Shown: positions 51,419 through 62,031, counted from the stretch's first letter. The stretch: DNA of 64,000 nucleotides from Candidatus Poribacteria bacterium (GCA_965197475.1 CBDANF010000003.1:3808001-3872000); one strand, 5' to 3'. Notes: generated by a model from the sequence alone, not told the origin. A program made the numbers and translations.

Positions 51419-53746
51419 ATGATCTATAAAACCTTTTCATATTGGCTGTGGTTCACAGGTTTTGGGGTTTTAGCATTGGTACTTGCCACAGTACCACTGT
51501 TTAATATCCTTGCTTTCGAGTTTTGTGCGATTATTACACTCTGTATAACTTTTGCTGGTGCACATGTGGCAATGACCGAATTACAGGTTATGAAACGGGA
51601 TCCGGATGTTCTCACTGGATCGCCTCGTCATATAGTTCTGAGGTGTTTTTTACGTGCATTGAGGTCTAATGCTCTATTACTCATATTACCACTTACCATA
51701 ATCTTACTTAATGCGTTCCGCGTTAAAAACTGCAATTTTACCGAAGGATTTCTTTTTTTCTTCATATTGCCAATACTCAGTTGTGTTGCTGTAACGGCAG
51801 CTGGCGTGTTTTTCAATATCTGGATAGCAAAACGGTGGCTTGCATATCTGGCATATCTCGCGTTTCTGATTCTTTCATGTGTTCCTGCCATAACAAATTT
51901 GATTTTTCATCCGCCAGTATTTGCTTTTCATCCTATTCTCGGATATTTTCCTGGACCAATTTACGATTTTGTGATTCCAATTACATCTGTGCTGTTAACA
52001 GCACGAGTAAAAACGCTTTTATGGGCAATACTATTCTTAACAATTTCAATCTATGCATGTGAAGTTGGCAGGGAAACAAGTTTCGTTCCTAAACTTCGGT
52101 GGCGAAACCTTATACAACATCCTTCTGAGAATTCACTTTGGCGAATTATATCGGTATGCGTATTGGTTGTGGCAATAGTCAGTTTCGAATTTTTCTCAGG
52201 GAAATTATGGATACGTCCAACGCGTGGCGACATCGCACAAGAATTGGGTGGCTATAGAGAAACAGCGCATTTTGAAATCTTCTATGCCCGTGAACTTGAG
52301 GAAGAAATAGATCTATTTGCGGACGATTGTGAGTTTCGTTATACTCAGTTGTCTGGCTATTTGCAGACACAAATTTCAAGGAAAGTTCGCGCTTATCTGT
52401 ATGCGTCCCCTGAACAGAAAAAAAGACTGATCGGGGCTGGGAGTACATTTGTTGAAGACCCGTTTGGTTACGGATTTCACATCCATTCACTAAGTTTCCC
52501 ACATCCTGTTCTAAAACATGAACTTGTCCACGTGTTGACTGCCGATTGGTCACCTTGGAATGTTAGTTTGAACGTAGGAGTCCACGAAGGCATCGCGGTT
52601 GCTGCAGACTGGGATGAGGGAAAACTTACAGTCCATCAATGGGCTAAAGCAATGCATCAATTTAAGGTTGCACCACCCCTCTCCAGTGTCATGAGTATCG
52701 GGTTTTGGAGACACGCGAGCTCGCGAAGTTATCTGCTTGCAGGATCCTTTATCCGTTTCCTTGTGAACACTTATGGATTAGATAAGTTAAAAAGTGCTTT
52801 TCCGTTTGGGAATTTGTCGAAAAGTTTCGCGAAAGATTTGAGTGTTTTGGAGAGAGAATGGACTAAATTCTTATTAAACGAAGTGACTTTGCAAGACAGC
52901 GAGATATCTTATGTCGAACGCCGTCTAAAACACGGCGGAATCTTTGAACAAGTATGTGCTCATGAAATGGCGGCATTACGAGAGAAATCTTGGCAGGCAT
53001 TTTATAGGAAAGATTACGTTTTTGCAGCCCAAACGTTTCAACAGATGCTGTCGGATGAACCTGATAATTCAATAACATTGCGAGGATTGATGTTCAGCAC
53101 ATTTTACACCGGAGATTTTGACCTTACTATATCCCATGCAAAACGAATTATTTCTAATGAAAAAGCATCTTATAGAGCTGAGGCGGCACAACTATTAGGA
53201 GATATTTATTGGCTTCAGGCTAAACATGAAGATGCGCTATCTGCCTATACAAAAGCAGTTTTGCTCGCGCCTCGCGAAACAGTAGAACAGAATCTTTTCA
53301 AACGTAAAGCGGCACTTTCGGAAACTTATACATCTGATTCAAAAAGACGGTTGCGGCGTATTCTTATTTCAAACACTCATGCAGAACGCATTGGGAGTGC
53401 AACAAAAATGGCTTTACTACAGCAAGTTATCGGTGCTGAACCTGACGCTTGGTTAGCCTATTTTTTGGCAGGGGAGTTACTTCATAAAGAAAAGGCTTGG
53501 GAGCTAAGCACACAATATCTCCACCATGCGTTAGACTTGAGCCGAAAAAAAGATAAGGAGATAATACCACCTCAACTTGCATTGAAATCCCGTTGGTTAT
53601 TGGGGATCAATGCATTTCGCCAGAAAGATTACAAAATTGCCGAAAAAATGTTTTCAGCAATAGCGACCAATCAAACATTATCTTTGGGAACTAAACTTTC
53701 TGCACAAGATTGGATTCAACGGTGTCAGCATGCCCGAAAGATGTAG
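51419..53746 (+). CDS. Membrane protein with gluzincin-like metallopeptidase (HExxH) domain and TPRs
   Basis: About 7 N-terminal TMs; LKHELVH...HEGIA; C-terminal TPR-like helices. Confidence 0.7.
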   Translation: MIYKTFSYWLWFTGFGVLALVLATVPLFNILAFEFCAIITLCITFAGAHVAMTELQVMKRDPDVLTGSPRHIVLRCFLRALRSNALLLILPLTIILLNAFRVKNCNFTEGFLFFFILPILSCVAVTAAGVFFNIWIAKRWLAYLAYLAFLILSCVPAITNLIFHPPVFAFHPILGYFPGPIYDFVIPITSVLLTARVKTLLWAILFLTISIYACEVGRETSFVPKLRWRNLIQHPSENSLWRIISVCVLVVAIVSFEFFSGKLWIRPTRGDIAQELGGYRETAHFEIFYARELEEEIDLFADDCEFRYTQLSGYLQTQISRKVRAYLYASPEQKKRLIGAGSTFVEDPFGYGFHIHSLSFPHPVLKHELVHVLTADWSPWNVSLNVGVHEGIAVAADWDEGKLTVHQWAKAMHQFKVAPPLSSVMSIGFWRHASSRSYLLAGSFIRFLVNTYGLDKLKSAFPFGNLSKSFAKDLSVLEREWTKFLLNEVTLQDSEISYVERRLKHGGIFEQVCAHEMAALREKSWQAFYRKDYVFAAQTFQQMLSDEPDNSITLRGLMFSTFYTGDFDLTISHAKRIISNEKASYRAEAAQLLGDIYWLQAKHEDALSAYTKAVLLAPRETVEQNLFKRKAALSETYTSDSKRRLRRILISNTHAERIGSATKMALLQQVIGAEPDAWLAYFLAGELLHKEKAWELSTQYLHHALDLSRKKDKEIIPPQLALKSRWLLGINAFRQKDYKIAEKMFSAIATNQTLSLGTKLSAQDWIQRCQHARKM

Positions 53747-53824
53747 AACGAATCCTGATATAACATAGAGTAACAAGGGAGACAAAATCATCTCTACCGA
53801 TCAGTAGGAATGTAAGGAGGAATT

Positions 53825-55744
53825 ATGAAACTTTTTGTGCCAGGACGTATCTGCCTTTTTGGTGAACACAGCGATTGGGCAGCTCGTTATCGACTAAATA
53901 ATGCAGAGCTTGAGAAGGGGTATACCCTAATCACAAGCACGAATCAAGGGGTCTACGCTGAAGTACAACCGCACCCAACAAGCCTCATTTTGAAAACGAG
54001 TCTTAGCGATGGCACACGCCACGGCCCCTATACTTTGCCGATGGAACCTGCAGCATTACTTGCAGAAGCGGAAAAAGGGAGCTTTTTCAGCTATGCTGCG
54101 GGAGTCGCCTATCAGATACTCACTAATTACCGCGTCCAAGGATTAGAGATTGATAACTATCTGACAGATTTACCTGTAAAAAAAGGGCTTTCCTCAAGTG
54201 CAGCTATCTGCGTGTTGGTTGCACGTGCTTTTAACCGAATATATGACCTCAAAATGACGACGCGCGGAGAGATGGAATATGCCTACCGTGGTGAGACTAC
54301 TACCCCTTCAAGGTGCGGAAGGATGGATCAAGGATGTGCGTATCAACATCCAATCCTCATGAGTTTTGATGGAGACCTGATTGATGTTCGAGAATTCAGT
54401 GTGCCAGCGAACTTATACATGGTAATTGTTGACTTGGGGGCAGGGAAAGATACACTCCTCATATTAAATCAGTTACATCACTGTTATCCATTTGCTGAAA
54501 ATGATTTACAGAAAAGTGTCCAACACTATTTAGGTCCCTTGAGTAAGGAAATCACACACGCCGCTTATGAAGCACTTCGACAGGGAGATGCCAAAGCTGT
54601 CGGAAAGTTGATGACACGCACCCAACATGAGTTTGACAAACATCTGATACCCGCCTGTCCATCACAATTGACTGCACCAATCCTTCACAAAGTTCTAAAT
54701 TATGAACCAATTCAACCATACACATGGGGCGGCAAAGGGGTTGGTTCACAAGGTGACGGATCAGCACAATTCATTGTCAAGGACGAAGAGAGTCAAAGGC
54801 GAGTCATTGAAATCATTGAAAGAGATCTACAGATGTCGTGCCTGAAACTCGTCATTGAGGCAAGCCGACATGTTCGTAAGGCTGTTATCCCAGCCGCTGG
54901 ATTTGGCACTCGACTTTTTCCTGCTTCAAAGGCGATGAAGAAGGAGCTCTTTCCCATTATTGATCGTAATGGGCGCGCTAAACCTGCAATTATGGCAATC
55001 GTTGAGGAAGCTGTTAATGCAGGCATTGAGGAAGTGTGTCTGATTGTACAGCGCGCGGATATAGACCTATTTGAATCTTTTTTTAAAATGCCGCCTCGTA
55101 TTGAACACTACAACAAACTTAGCAAAGAAAATAAGGCTTACTGTGATTACTTAATCGAATTAGGTAGCCGAATTTCTTTTGTCACTCAGGACGTTCAGGA
55201 AGGTTTCGGTCATGCTGTCTACTGCGCTCGTGAGTGGGTTGGGAATGAACCTTTTCTGTTGATGTTAGGTGATCATCTCTACGGTTCTGATGAACCAAAC
55301 TCATGTGCCAAACAGGTCTTGGAGGCTTACGAACGAATTGGGCACAGCGTGTTAGGATTAAAAGAAACACCAATTGAGGAACTCTCGAACTTTGGATGTG
55401 TTACGGGTATATGGAAAGAAGAAGGCTCAATGCTATCAGTCACAGAATTTTACGAAAAACCGGACCCTGAATACGCACGACAACATCTACATGTTGATGG
55501 AATGGATGATAATAGTTTCCTTACAGTATTCGGTATCTATGTCATAGAACCACAGATTTTTGGGTTTCTTGAGCAGAATATTGAACACAACTTCCGTGAA
55601 CGAGGCGAATTTCAACTCACTTCTTGTTTGGATGAATTGCGAAAGGCGGATGGGTTTTCCGGTTATGTTGTGAAGGGAAAACGATTTGACATCGGGCTTC
55701 CAGAGGAATATCGCCAATCAGTGATTGACTTTAAAAATGCATAG
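53825..55744 (+). CDS. GHMP (galactokinase-like) kinase fused to UTP-glucose-1-P uridylyltransferase
   Basis: PGRICLFGEHSD, GLSSSAA, GRMDQ; then KAVIPAAGFGTRLFP..K...KE, GFGHAV, FYEKP, GEFQLT. Confidence 0.85.
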   Translation: MKLFVPGRICLFGEHSDWAARYRLNNAELEKGYTLITSTNQGVYAEVQPHPTSLILKTSLSDGTRHGPYTLPMEPAALLAEAEKGSFFSYAAGVAYQILTNYRVQGLEIDNYLTDLPVKKGLSSSAAICVLVARAFNRIYDLKMTTRGEMEYAYRGETTTPSRCGRMDQGCAYQHPILMSFDGDLIDVREFSVPANLYMVIVDLGAGKDTLLILNQLHHCYPFAENDLQKSVQHYLGPLSKEITHAAYEALRQGDAKAVGKLMTRTQHEFDKHLIPACPSQLTAPILHKVLNYEPIQPYTWGGKGVGSQGDGSAQFIVKDEESQRRVIEIIERDLQMSCLKLVIEASRHVRKAVIPAAGFGTRLFPASKAMKKELFPIIDRNGRAKPAIMAIVEEAVNAGIEEVCLIVQRADIDLFESFFKMPPRIEHYNKLSKENKAYCDYLIELGSRISFVTQDVQEGFGHAVYCAREWVGNEPFLLMLGDHLYGSDEPNSCAKQVLEAYERIGHSVLGLKETPIEELSNFGCVTGIWKEEGSMLSVTEFYEKPDPEYARQHLHVDGMDDNSFLTVFGIYVIEPQIFGFLEQNIEHNFRERGEFQLTSCLDELRKADGFSGYVVKGKRFDIGLPEEYRQSVIDFKNA

Positions 55745-55747
55745 ATT

Positions 55748-58700
55748 CTAAACTTCTGGGAGTGCATACACACCCCATCGCACCTTTACAATCTCACCGA
55801 GTTTGGTAAGCCGCACGAGTTCATGATGTATCGCTGCTGGGTTTCCATCAATAGCTGCGATCATTTCAGCTGCTTTTTTCTCACCATTGGCGAGGAAAGA
55901 GAGGATTTGTTCGCGGAAGGTTGAATCTAGAAGCTTACCGCCCCTGAGCTTTTGTAGCACACGGTGCGCCTGCCTTTCAGAGCATCCCAAGACCTGCTGC
56001 ACTTTGTCTTTGCCGGATTCAGCCGTTAGATTGTCACGTTCCGTTTCAAAACGTTGACGTGTTTCTATCATTTTAGCCAGTCTATCTAACCCGCCAGCTA
56101 TCTCAAAATCTTCCCAATCGAAAAGAAGCGTTTCAGGTCTGTCGGTAATATCTGGCAACGGCAAGCCTGTGAGCAGCATGACTTTCTTACCGGTCTGGCG
56201 ATTCAACTGCGCGTGTCCTACAAATTGCGTGATGACCCGGACCATTGCCGCTTCATAAACACTCTGAACCCGTTCGTCTTTATAGTGATAGGGATCCGTT
56301 TCTCGGTCATAACAGAGCGGTTTGTCATCATTTCCGAACAGCACTTGCGAACGTTCCCAAATGACACCTATTGGTCGCTCCGGCAATCCGATTATCCAGA
56401 TGACATCTGCCCCTTCAGGATCGGTGTTCACACCGACTGTGCTACCGATATCGGTTAGGAAACAGACGTTCTCCGTTGCTACGATCTTCTCCAACTTATT
56501 TTGCATTAGCCAACCCGCGACAATTAGATGCTTAACGCTCGGTTCTCTTTCAATTTCTGCACGAATACCAGCAAAAATGCGTTGTCCTATTTTGGAAACG
56601 CCAATCGCCTTCCATACATTGCCGTAGTCTAAAATTGCCTCGCGTGGATAAAGACCTGTGCGAATCTGAAAAACCTGGTTTCCCGTTAGCCACGGTGTTG
56701 GCTTAATACGACTCACTTCAATATCATCATTTGGAAACGTTTTACGAAGGTGCTGCTCAGAAAGTGTTATTGCCATTAACACAAGTTTTTTTACACTCGG
56801 GTGCAGCACCGGTGGCACCCTGAATCTCAAAACTTTATGCTTCCACCACCGAATCGGTGCGTCAGCATCTCGCGTGTAGGACGCAAAAAAGCACTTGAGC
56901 TGATGCCAATACGTCCAAGTTGGATCCGGACAGACTGTCGGGAATGTCTGAATGCACTGTATGTTCTCAAGACACAAGATACCTAATTGAATTGCTTGTG
57001 CCATCGGCATCGGGATTCTCGTGTCTTCGCTTAGCACGAAATCTCGAAGTGAGAAAACAAGTAGTCCCTTCGCTGTGAGTCTATCTGCGGCGTTTTCGTT
57101 TAAAGGGATGTAAGCAGCGGCACCACCCTCAAACTCAATAGTAAAGCGCGCCAATTCCTTGTCAGTATCTTCATCAACCGTCCCCCGCTTTACCACCCTG
57201 CCCCGCACGTTGACGTGGCACATCTGATAGATAAGTTCTTTTTCTTGCCATTCAAACGTCTGTATCACAGTGCGGACCCGTTTGACAGCATCGCTATGGG
57301 TGTTACCTCTAATTTCTAAAGCATTTAGTAAGGCGTTGGCAAAGTTTCCTAAAGCACTCCCTTGCCAGTTTACAATCCACGCCTCCATTACGGTTCTTGG
57401 GAGTCTACATACCAGGAACAGATCGTACGCCTGCACATGATTGAGGATACAAACCCGATTTTCTGTTTCAAATATCTCTTCAGTCACTTTCGCGTGTTGT
57501 GGATCGAAAAAGAGTTGGGGTGACTCCAATATCTGTGTTTTGGCGCGTTGTAATGCGGCGGGTTGCGATAAATATCCACGTTCCTGACACGCTGTCCAGA
57601 CGGGACACTGCGGACATATAATCTCGCTTGGGTTTCCACCCTTTTCCTCAAGCGTTTGGCACCGTTCTGCATCCTCACAGACATTGCCGTGTTGAAACGG
57701 GTTCACTATACGCACATCAAAAGGTATATCTTTCACCTGCTCCCAGAGATGCATCCGAGGTTTCCAACGGACGACCGATGGCAGATTCTGATTTTGAAGA
57801 CGTTGTTCTGCTTCTTCCGCTAACGTGGCGGTCGGCACGTTTAGGCAGGTTACCCTGTTGTTGAGGAGATGGAATTCTGTATCATCACCTGCCTCAACAT
57901 TAAGTCCGATAATGTGTGCTTTTCTGTCAAACGGACGCTGCAGCTGCGCGGCAGTCTCTTCAGAAGACCCATAAGCGTTTTGAGGAACTTCCGGCTTATG
58001 CAGCATCGGCGCGGGACGTCTTACCGCCAATGGACTCAGTTTTCCTTCCTGCACAACGAGCATATTATCGGAGACAGGTAGTGTAGACGCGAGTGTCGGT
58101 GGCACAATACCGGTCTCGTTCCATATATCTGTTATGGGGGTTGCTTCCATAGGAAGTCCAGCATTAGGAGTTAGGGTGCGGACCCATACAGTGTCCTCGT
58201 TTTCCCACAACAGGACCTCTGTGTTGCTAACATCGCCGCCGTGTTGTGTCCAGTGGTGAAAACCGTTCTCCTGTCGTAAGTACGTGAAACCGCGCTTCAG
58301 AAACGCCTCTTTTGCGAGATCAAGATTCTGTGAGCCGAGGGATGATGGCGTATTAGTGACAATCTGTTCCTGTATGTGGTCGGAAGCTGGTTCGTGCAGT
58401 TTCACGCGGAGTGCATCAAGTGGAGCAAAGAGAACTTCCTTTGAAATCATAGGGGGGTCTAACAAATTTCCCAAGAGAATCTCGTAACGTGCATCCCAAC
58501 GGCTATATCCCTTTTCACCAAATATTTCGAGGTAAACATCTCGGTGATATGGATTTTTCAGGGTCGGTGTGTGTTTATAGGTGTACAGCTTTTCCTCTAT
58601 AGTGTCCGAATGGAGGTAATCCTGGATTCTGCAAGAGAAACGCAGCCCGCCAGACTTTGACAGCGTTAATAGCGGGTTCACAACGGAGTTGACAAGTGCC

Positions 58701-59107
58701 TCAATACAGGCGAAGACGGCATCGGGGGCGGCAAGAATCGCTTCATATTTGAAATCGATATCGTGCCATCGCGCGCTGTTGCGTTCTGAGGGGACACCGG
58801 TGTAAATCTGAATTCCCCAGGATGCGTCCCATCGTCTGGTTCGCCACTCTTTCATCCCTTGGCGTGTGAAGAACCGGTGCCCTCCAAAATCTCTGGGTCC
58901 CCTATCGTAATCGGGTGCGCGCCCTATTGGCATAAAGGAAATTTCCGCCTGCTCCAGGTCATCAAGCAGCACAGGATGCTTGTATGCGCAATAAACTTTA
59001 TACTGATGCGGATAACCTTTGCTCAACATGGCAGGTGTCGGCACCGTTTTCCGCTGCTTAAGCGATTTTTTATGCCGTTGGTGGCAGCATTCAATAATAT
59101 TTTTCAA
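55748..59107 (-). CDS. Large protein: Prim-Pol/AEP-like N-terminus, Cys cluster, degenerate helicase-like region, C-terminal wHTH
   Basis: WGIQIYTG, HDIDF, SKSGGLRF, LEIFGEKGY; CEDAERC...CPQC...C...GYLSQ; C-terminal ELVRLTKLGEIVKVRWGVY. Confidence 0.6.
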   Translation of the reverse strand: MKNIIECCHQRHKKSLKQRKTVPTPAMLSKGYPHQYKVYCAYKHPVLLDDLEQAEISFMPIGRAPDYDRGPRDFGGHRFFTRQGMKEWRTRRWDASWGIQIYTGVPSERNSARWHDIDFKYEAILAAPDAVFACIEALVNSVVNPLLTLSKSGGLRFSCRIQDYLHSDTIEEKLYTYKHTPTLKNPYHRDVYLEIFGEKGYSRWDARYEILLGNLLDPPMISKEVLFAPLDALRVKLHEPASDHIQEQIVTNTPSSLGSQNLDLAKEAFLKRGFTYLRQENGFHHWTQHGGDVSNTEVLLWENEDTVWVRTLTPNAGLPMEATPITDIWNETGIVPPTLASTLPVSDNMLVVQEGKLSPLAVRRPAPMLHKPEVPQNAYGSSEETAAQLQRPFDRKAHIIGLNVEAGDDTEFHLLNNRVTCLNVPTATLAEEAEQRLQNQNLPSVVRWKPRMHLWEQVKDIPFDVRIVNPFQHGNVCEDAERCQTLEEKGGNPSEIICPQCPVWTACQERGYLSQPAALQRAKTQILESPQLFFDPQHAKVTEEIFETENRVCILNHVQAYDLFLVCRLPRTVMEAWIVNWQGSALGNFANALLNALEIRGNTHSDAVKRVRTVIQTFEWQEKELIYQMCHVNVRGRVVKRGTVDEDTDKELARFTIEFEGGAAAYIPLNENAADRLTAKGLLVFSLRDFVLSEDTRIPMPMAQAIQLGILCLENIQCIQTFPTVCPDPTWTYWHQLKCFFASYTRDADAPIRWWKHKVLRFRVPPVLHPSVKKLVLMAITLSEQHLRKTFPNDDIEVSRIKPTPWLTGNQVFQIRTGLYPREAILDYGNVWKAIGVSKIGQRIFAGIRAEIEREPSVKHLIVAGWLMQNKLEKIVATENVCFLTDIGSTVGVNTDPEGADVIWIIGLPERPIGVIWERSQVLFGNDDKPLCYDRETDPYHYKDERVQSVYEAAMVRVITQFVGHAQLNRQTGKKVMLLTGLPLPDITDRPETLLFDWEDFEIAGGLDRLAKMIETRQRFETERDNLTAESGKDKVQQVLGCSERQAHRVLQKLRGGKLLDSTFREQILSFLANGEKKAAEMIAAIDGNPAAIHHELVRLTKLGEIVKVRWGVYALPEV

Positions 59108-59145
59108 GATGTTTATCTCATTGACATATTTTTGTTAAAGTTTCA

Positions 59146-59179
59146 ATGTTGGGTTTCGCTGCGCTCTGCTCAACCTACA
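59146..59179. repeat. REP-like element
   Basis: tgttgggtttcgctgcgctctgctcaacctaca; imperfect hairpin with GTAG foot on the minus strand. Confidence 0.5.
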
Positions 59180-59291
59180 TCTGTATTGTTTATTTTCCGA
59201 TCTACACACGCTAAACATAATATCACAAATCCTCTGCTTAGTCAAGTGTTCGCATCTTCCCCAATCTATTTATTTTCTACTCTCTAAAAAA

Positions 59292-59415
59292 TCAGGACTT
59301 ACGCAATAGGTTCAAAAGTCCCCTTGTAAGGGGGATTTAGGGGGTTAAAAACACCGAAATAACGACTTTTTAAGTCCAATACTTCCTTTTTCTCCCCAAT
59401 TTGCGTAAGTTCTGA
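59292..59415. mobile_element. MITE-like element
   Basis: Terminal inverted repeats tcaggacttacgcaa / ttgcgtaagttctga enclosing a tccccttgtaagggggatttaggggg hairpin; no ORF. Confidence 0.6.
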
Positions 59416-59554
59416 AAATGTATAAATACTATATTATGACATATAAAAAAAGTAACTTAATTATCAATAATTGACATATCCTATATTTTGAAAAGAGAGA
59501 ATTTAACAATGAACTATCAAGTTTTCATCGTGAATCTAATAAGGAGAAAAAGAA

Positions 59555-59797
59555 ATGTGTGAATCTAATTATGATAATATGCGCCTGTTGGCAATCGGCA
59601 TTGAAACAGCGCAATCCATCGACCCTGTCGCGGTTCGCGATGCAATTGCCGCTATCACCGATTACAGTGGTGCAACTCTTATTTCACATTTTGACGAGAA
59701 ACGTAGAGCAGTCAAAAGTGCAGGCATTTTGGTGATTCGTAACGGCATGCCACAACCTTATTCAGTTGTCGCACCCGACACGGATGCGCCTGAATAA
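59555..59797 (+). pseudogene. C-terminal fragment of a branched-chain-type ABC substrate-binding protein
   Basis: YD.MRLLA.GIE.AQSIDPVAVRDAIAA..DYSGAT...FDE.R.AVKS; N-terminus missing. Confidence 0.65.
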
Positions 59798-59811
59798 CAC
59801 TGATCGACAAC

Positions 59812-60032
59812 TGCGGTTAGAAAACCGCATCGGGCTTATACAAGTTGGCAGCCAACAGTCGGTAAGATTTCTTTGGGGAGCACTTTGTAAGCGCGATATA
59901 TCGGCGTTGCAAACGCCTCCCACAAGAGCGTCTGTTCGTTTTCGGACAATAGGAGCGGTGAATCAACGCCAAATGCGCCTGGCAGAATACGCGTATGATA
60001 TTCTGCATGATTTGTCGGAAAATCGCTCCTAC
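59812..60032. repeat. REP/BIME-like palindrome cluster
   Basis: tgcggttagaaaaccgca; atcggcgttgcaaacgcctcccac; taggagcg ... cgctcctac inverted pair. Confidence 0.55.
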
Positions 60033-60128
60033 CGAACAGAATAAGAAAACGACTTGGCATACCAGTATACGGTGCTGAACAAGCAAACGATTTCATAATA
60101 TTATTCAACATAAGAGAGGACAGGTCAG

Positions 60129-60941
60129 ATGAACGCAAAAAAAGGTTTGATTTTGGCTTTAGCGATCTTGGTTTTGCAGACTAATCCCCTTGAAAGCCAA
60201 GTTGTTAAAGACAGACTAGTTAGTTACTGGAGTTTTGATGTTGCAGATGTTCAAGGCAATACCGTTAAAGATCGTGTAGGAGGCAATGACAGAACGATTG
60301 TAGGTGCACCTCGGCATATCAAAGGCAAATTCGGTGAAGCGTTTGAATTCGGAGGGGAACCAGACGCGATTGATGTTGTCTCGCCCGCCAATGGTAGTCT
60401 GGATTTTGGCGATGACAAAGATTTCTCGATGATGGCATGGATCAAAGTTGACAAACCACCAGAATTGGACGGAGCACAGTCTACAATTGTTAGTAAGGGA
60501 GATGGAGGCGGCAACGGCAGGATCCTCTGGAAAATCAGGACGACTCAAGTGAGTGTGACGATTGCGAACGAAGGCGGTGCCGGTCCGATGCTCGACTTTA
60601 TTTCAGCCGGGGAAGTGGTTGATGGAAAATGGCATCATGTCCTCTTTATTGCAGATAGATCGGATACGACTCGCATCTATATTGACGGTAAGTTCGACGC
60701 TGAGGGAGGAGAGACTGAAGGCACAGATATTACCACAGAATCTCCCTTGTTCATTGGCGCATCTGTCCGAATCAACAAAACCACTCGTAGATATTTTGAA
60801 GGGCTAATAGACGAGGTGGGTATCTATAATCGTGCGCTAACAGATGATGAAATCGAACGGAACTTCAATTCAAAAGGACTTGCTGTTAGTCCTCAAAAGA
60901 AACTTGCTATCGCATGGGGAGAGATAAAGGTTTCAAGGTAA
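60129..60941 (+). CDS. Secreted LamG protein
   Basis: Signal peptide, LVSYWSFD, GKFGEAFEF, DGKWHH, FEGLIDEV.IYNRAL, C-terminal AVSPQKKLAIAWGEIK. Confidence 0.85.
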   Translation: MNAKKGLILALAILVLQTNPLESQVVKDRLVSYWSFDVADVQGNTVKDRVGGNDRTIVGAPRHIKGKFGEAFEFGGEPDAIDVVSPANGSLDFGDDKDFSMMAWIKVDKPPELDGAQSTIVSKGDGGGNGRILWKIRTTQVSVTIANEGGAGPMLDFISAGEVVDGKWHHVLFIADRSDTTRIYIDGKFDAEGGETEGTDITTESPLFIGASVRINKTTRRYFEGLIDEVGIYNRALTDDEIERNFNSKGLAVSPQKKLAIAWGEIKVSR

Positions 60942-61045
60942 CTAAAGTTTGGACGATTTTTAGATTTTTGTTTAGTTGCTTGGTTATAGTGAATTCCCAT
61001 AATACGTTGATACTATCAAGAACCAAGATCATTCAAAAGAACCTC

Positions 61046-62031
61046 CGCTCATGTCAAGAGTAAGTGCTTTTGACGAGTTTTGCTATAAAATCAACACTGA
61101 CAGCTTTTAGATTCATGACGAACTCACAGATTGCGACGTAACCGGCGAGGAACTTTTTATGAACGCCACGAAAGGGACGAAGGAAGTTTCGCAGCGTCGT
61201 CCAGGCACCTTCAATCGTCCTTGTATGGATCTCGTAAAGACCATCACCGTCTGCGTCTCTTGCCCACTCGCCATCCTTATGGAGAACAATCTCACGGGCG
61301 CGCTGAATACGGTTATAGCCACGCCAACCATCCGTATACACCGTTGAAGTCGGCAACGTCCACTGATGAACGTGTGTTGAAAGCGTCGCAGAATCGGTGT
61401 GCCGCACAACACGTAATCTCAGGAGACCGCTTTCGCGACCTTTCGTCCCAACAATAGGCGGACGATCATTGTCATAAGTCCCATGTCCCCTGCGTTTATT
61501 GCCACGCCGACGCGGCGGATCCGAAGCATCAACGTGCTTATCGCCTTTTTCACCGGCGTTTTGAAACATCTCATCTGTTTCGACTTCAGCATCAGGTAAA
61601 GCAGCTTCGGGTTGTATCTGCTCTGCCGAAGTTTGGAGTTTACGTCTTATAGAAAGAACGGTTTGACGACTTAGACCCAGTTCACACCCGAGTTGTGCAC
61701 TTGAAACACCTTGACAGACACCGCGCAAAAGCAGAACGACCTGTGAGGGACGAAACTGCGTGCCAGCAAAGACCGTCCCGGTATAGAGGTTGTAGATGCT
61801 CTCACAGTGTTTGCAGCGATACACTTGTAGACCACTTGTTTCAGTCGGACGGAACTTGCGTGCCTCCGCCACGCTCGCTTGGCATTTTGGGCAACACAGC
61901 CCTTGAGGGTGGAAATGATCCAACACCCACGCTTGAGTTTTTTCTTCATCCAGGAGAGATTGTATTGGAAAGTCCATAGGTAACACGCTAACATAACTTT
62001 GAAAAAATAGCACTTACTTTTTACATGAGCC
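61046..62031 (-). mobile_element. IS1595-family insertion sequence, apparently complete
   Basis: TIRs cgctcatgtcaagagtaagtgct (61046-61068) and agcacttactttttacatgagcc (62009-62031); gaacctc directly repeated at 61039-61045 and 62032-62038. Confidence 0.85.
61054..61977 (-). CDS. IS1595-family DDE transposase
   Basis: Zn ribbon CPKC...CKHC, HTH, VETDE, VYTDGWRGY, HT.TIEGAW..LR. Confidence 0.9.
   Translation of the reverse strand: MDFPIQSLLDEEKTQAWVLDHFHPQGLCCPKCQASVAEARKFRPTETSGLQVYRCKHCESIYNLYTGTVFAGTQFRPSQVVLLLRGVCQGVSSAQLGCELGLSRQTVLSIRRKLQTSAEQIQPEAALPDAEVETDEMFQNAGEKGDKHVDASDPPRRRGNKRRGHGTYDNDRPPIVGTKGRESGLLRLRVVRHTDSATLSTHVHQWTLPTSTVYTDGWRGYNRIQRAREIVLHKDGEWARDADGDGLYEIHTRTIEGAWTTLRNFLRPFRGVHKKFLAGYVAICEFVMNLKAVSVDFIAKLVKSTYS

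Noticed and set aside
55748-59107. Prophage or integrated plasmid around the Prim-Pol-like gene
   Set aside because: No integrase, structural genes or att repeats visible in the flanks
59766-60138. Short overlapping ORFs on both strands
   Set aside because: They run through REP-like palindromes and show no protein features
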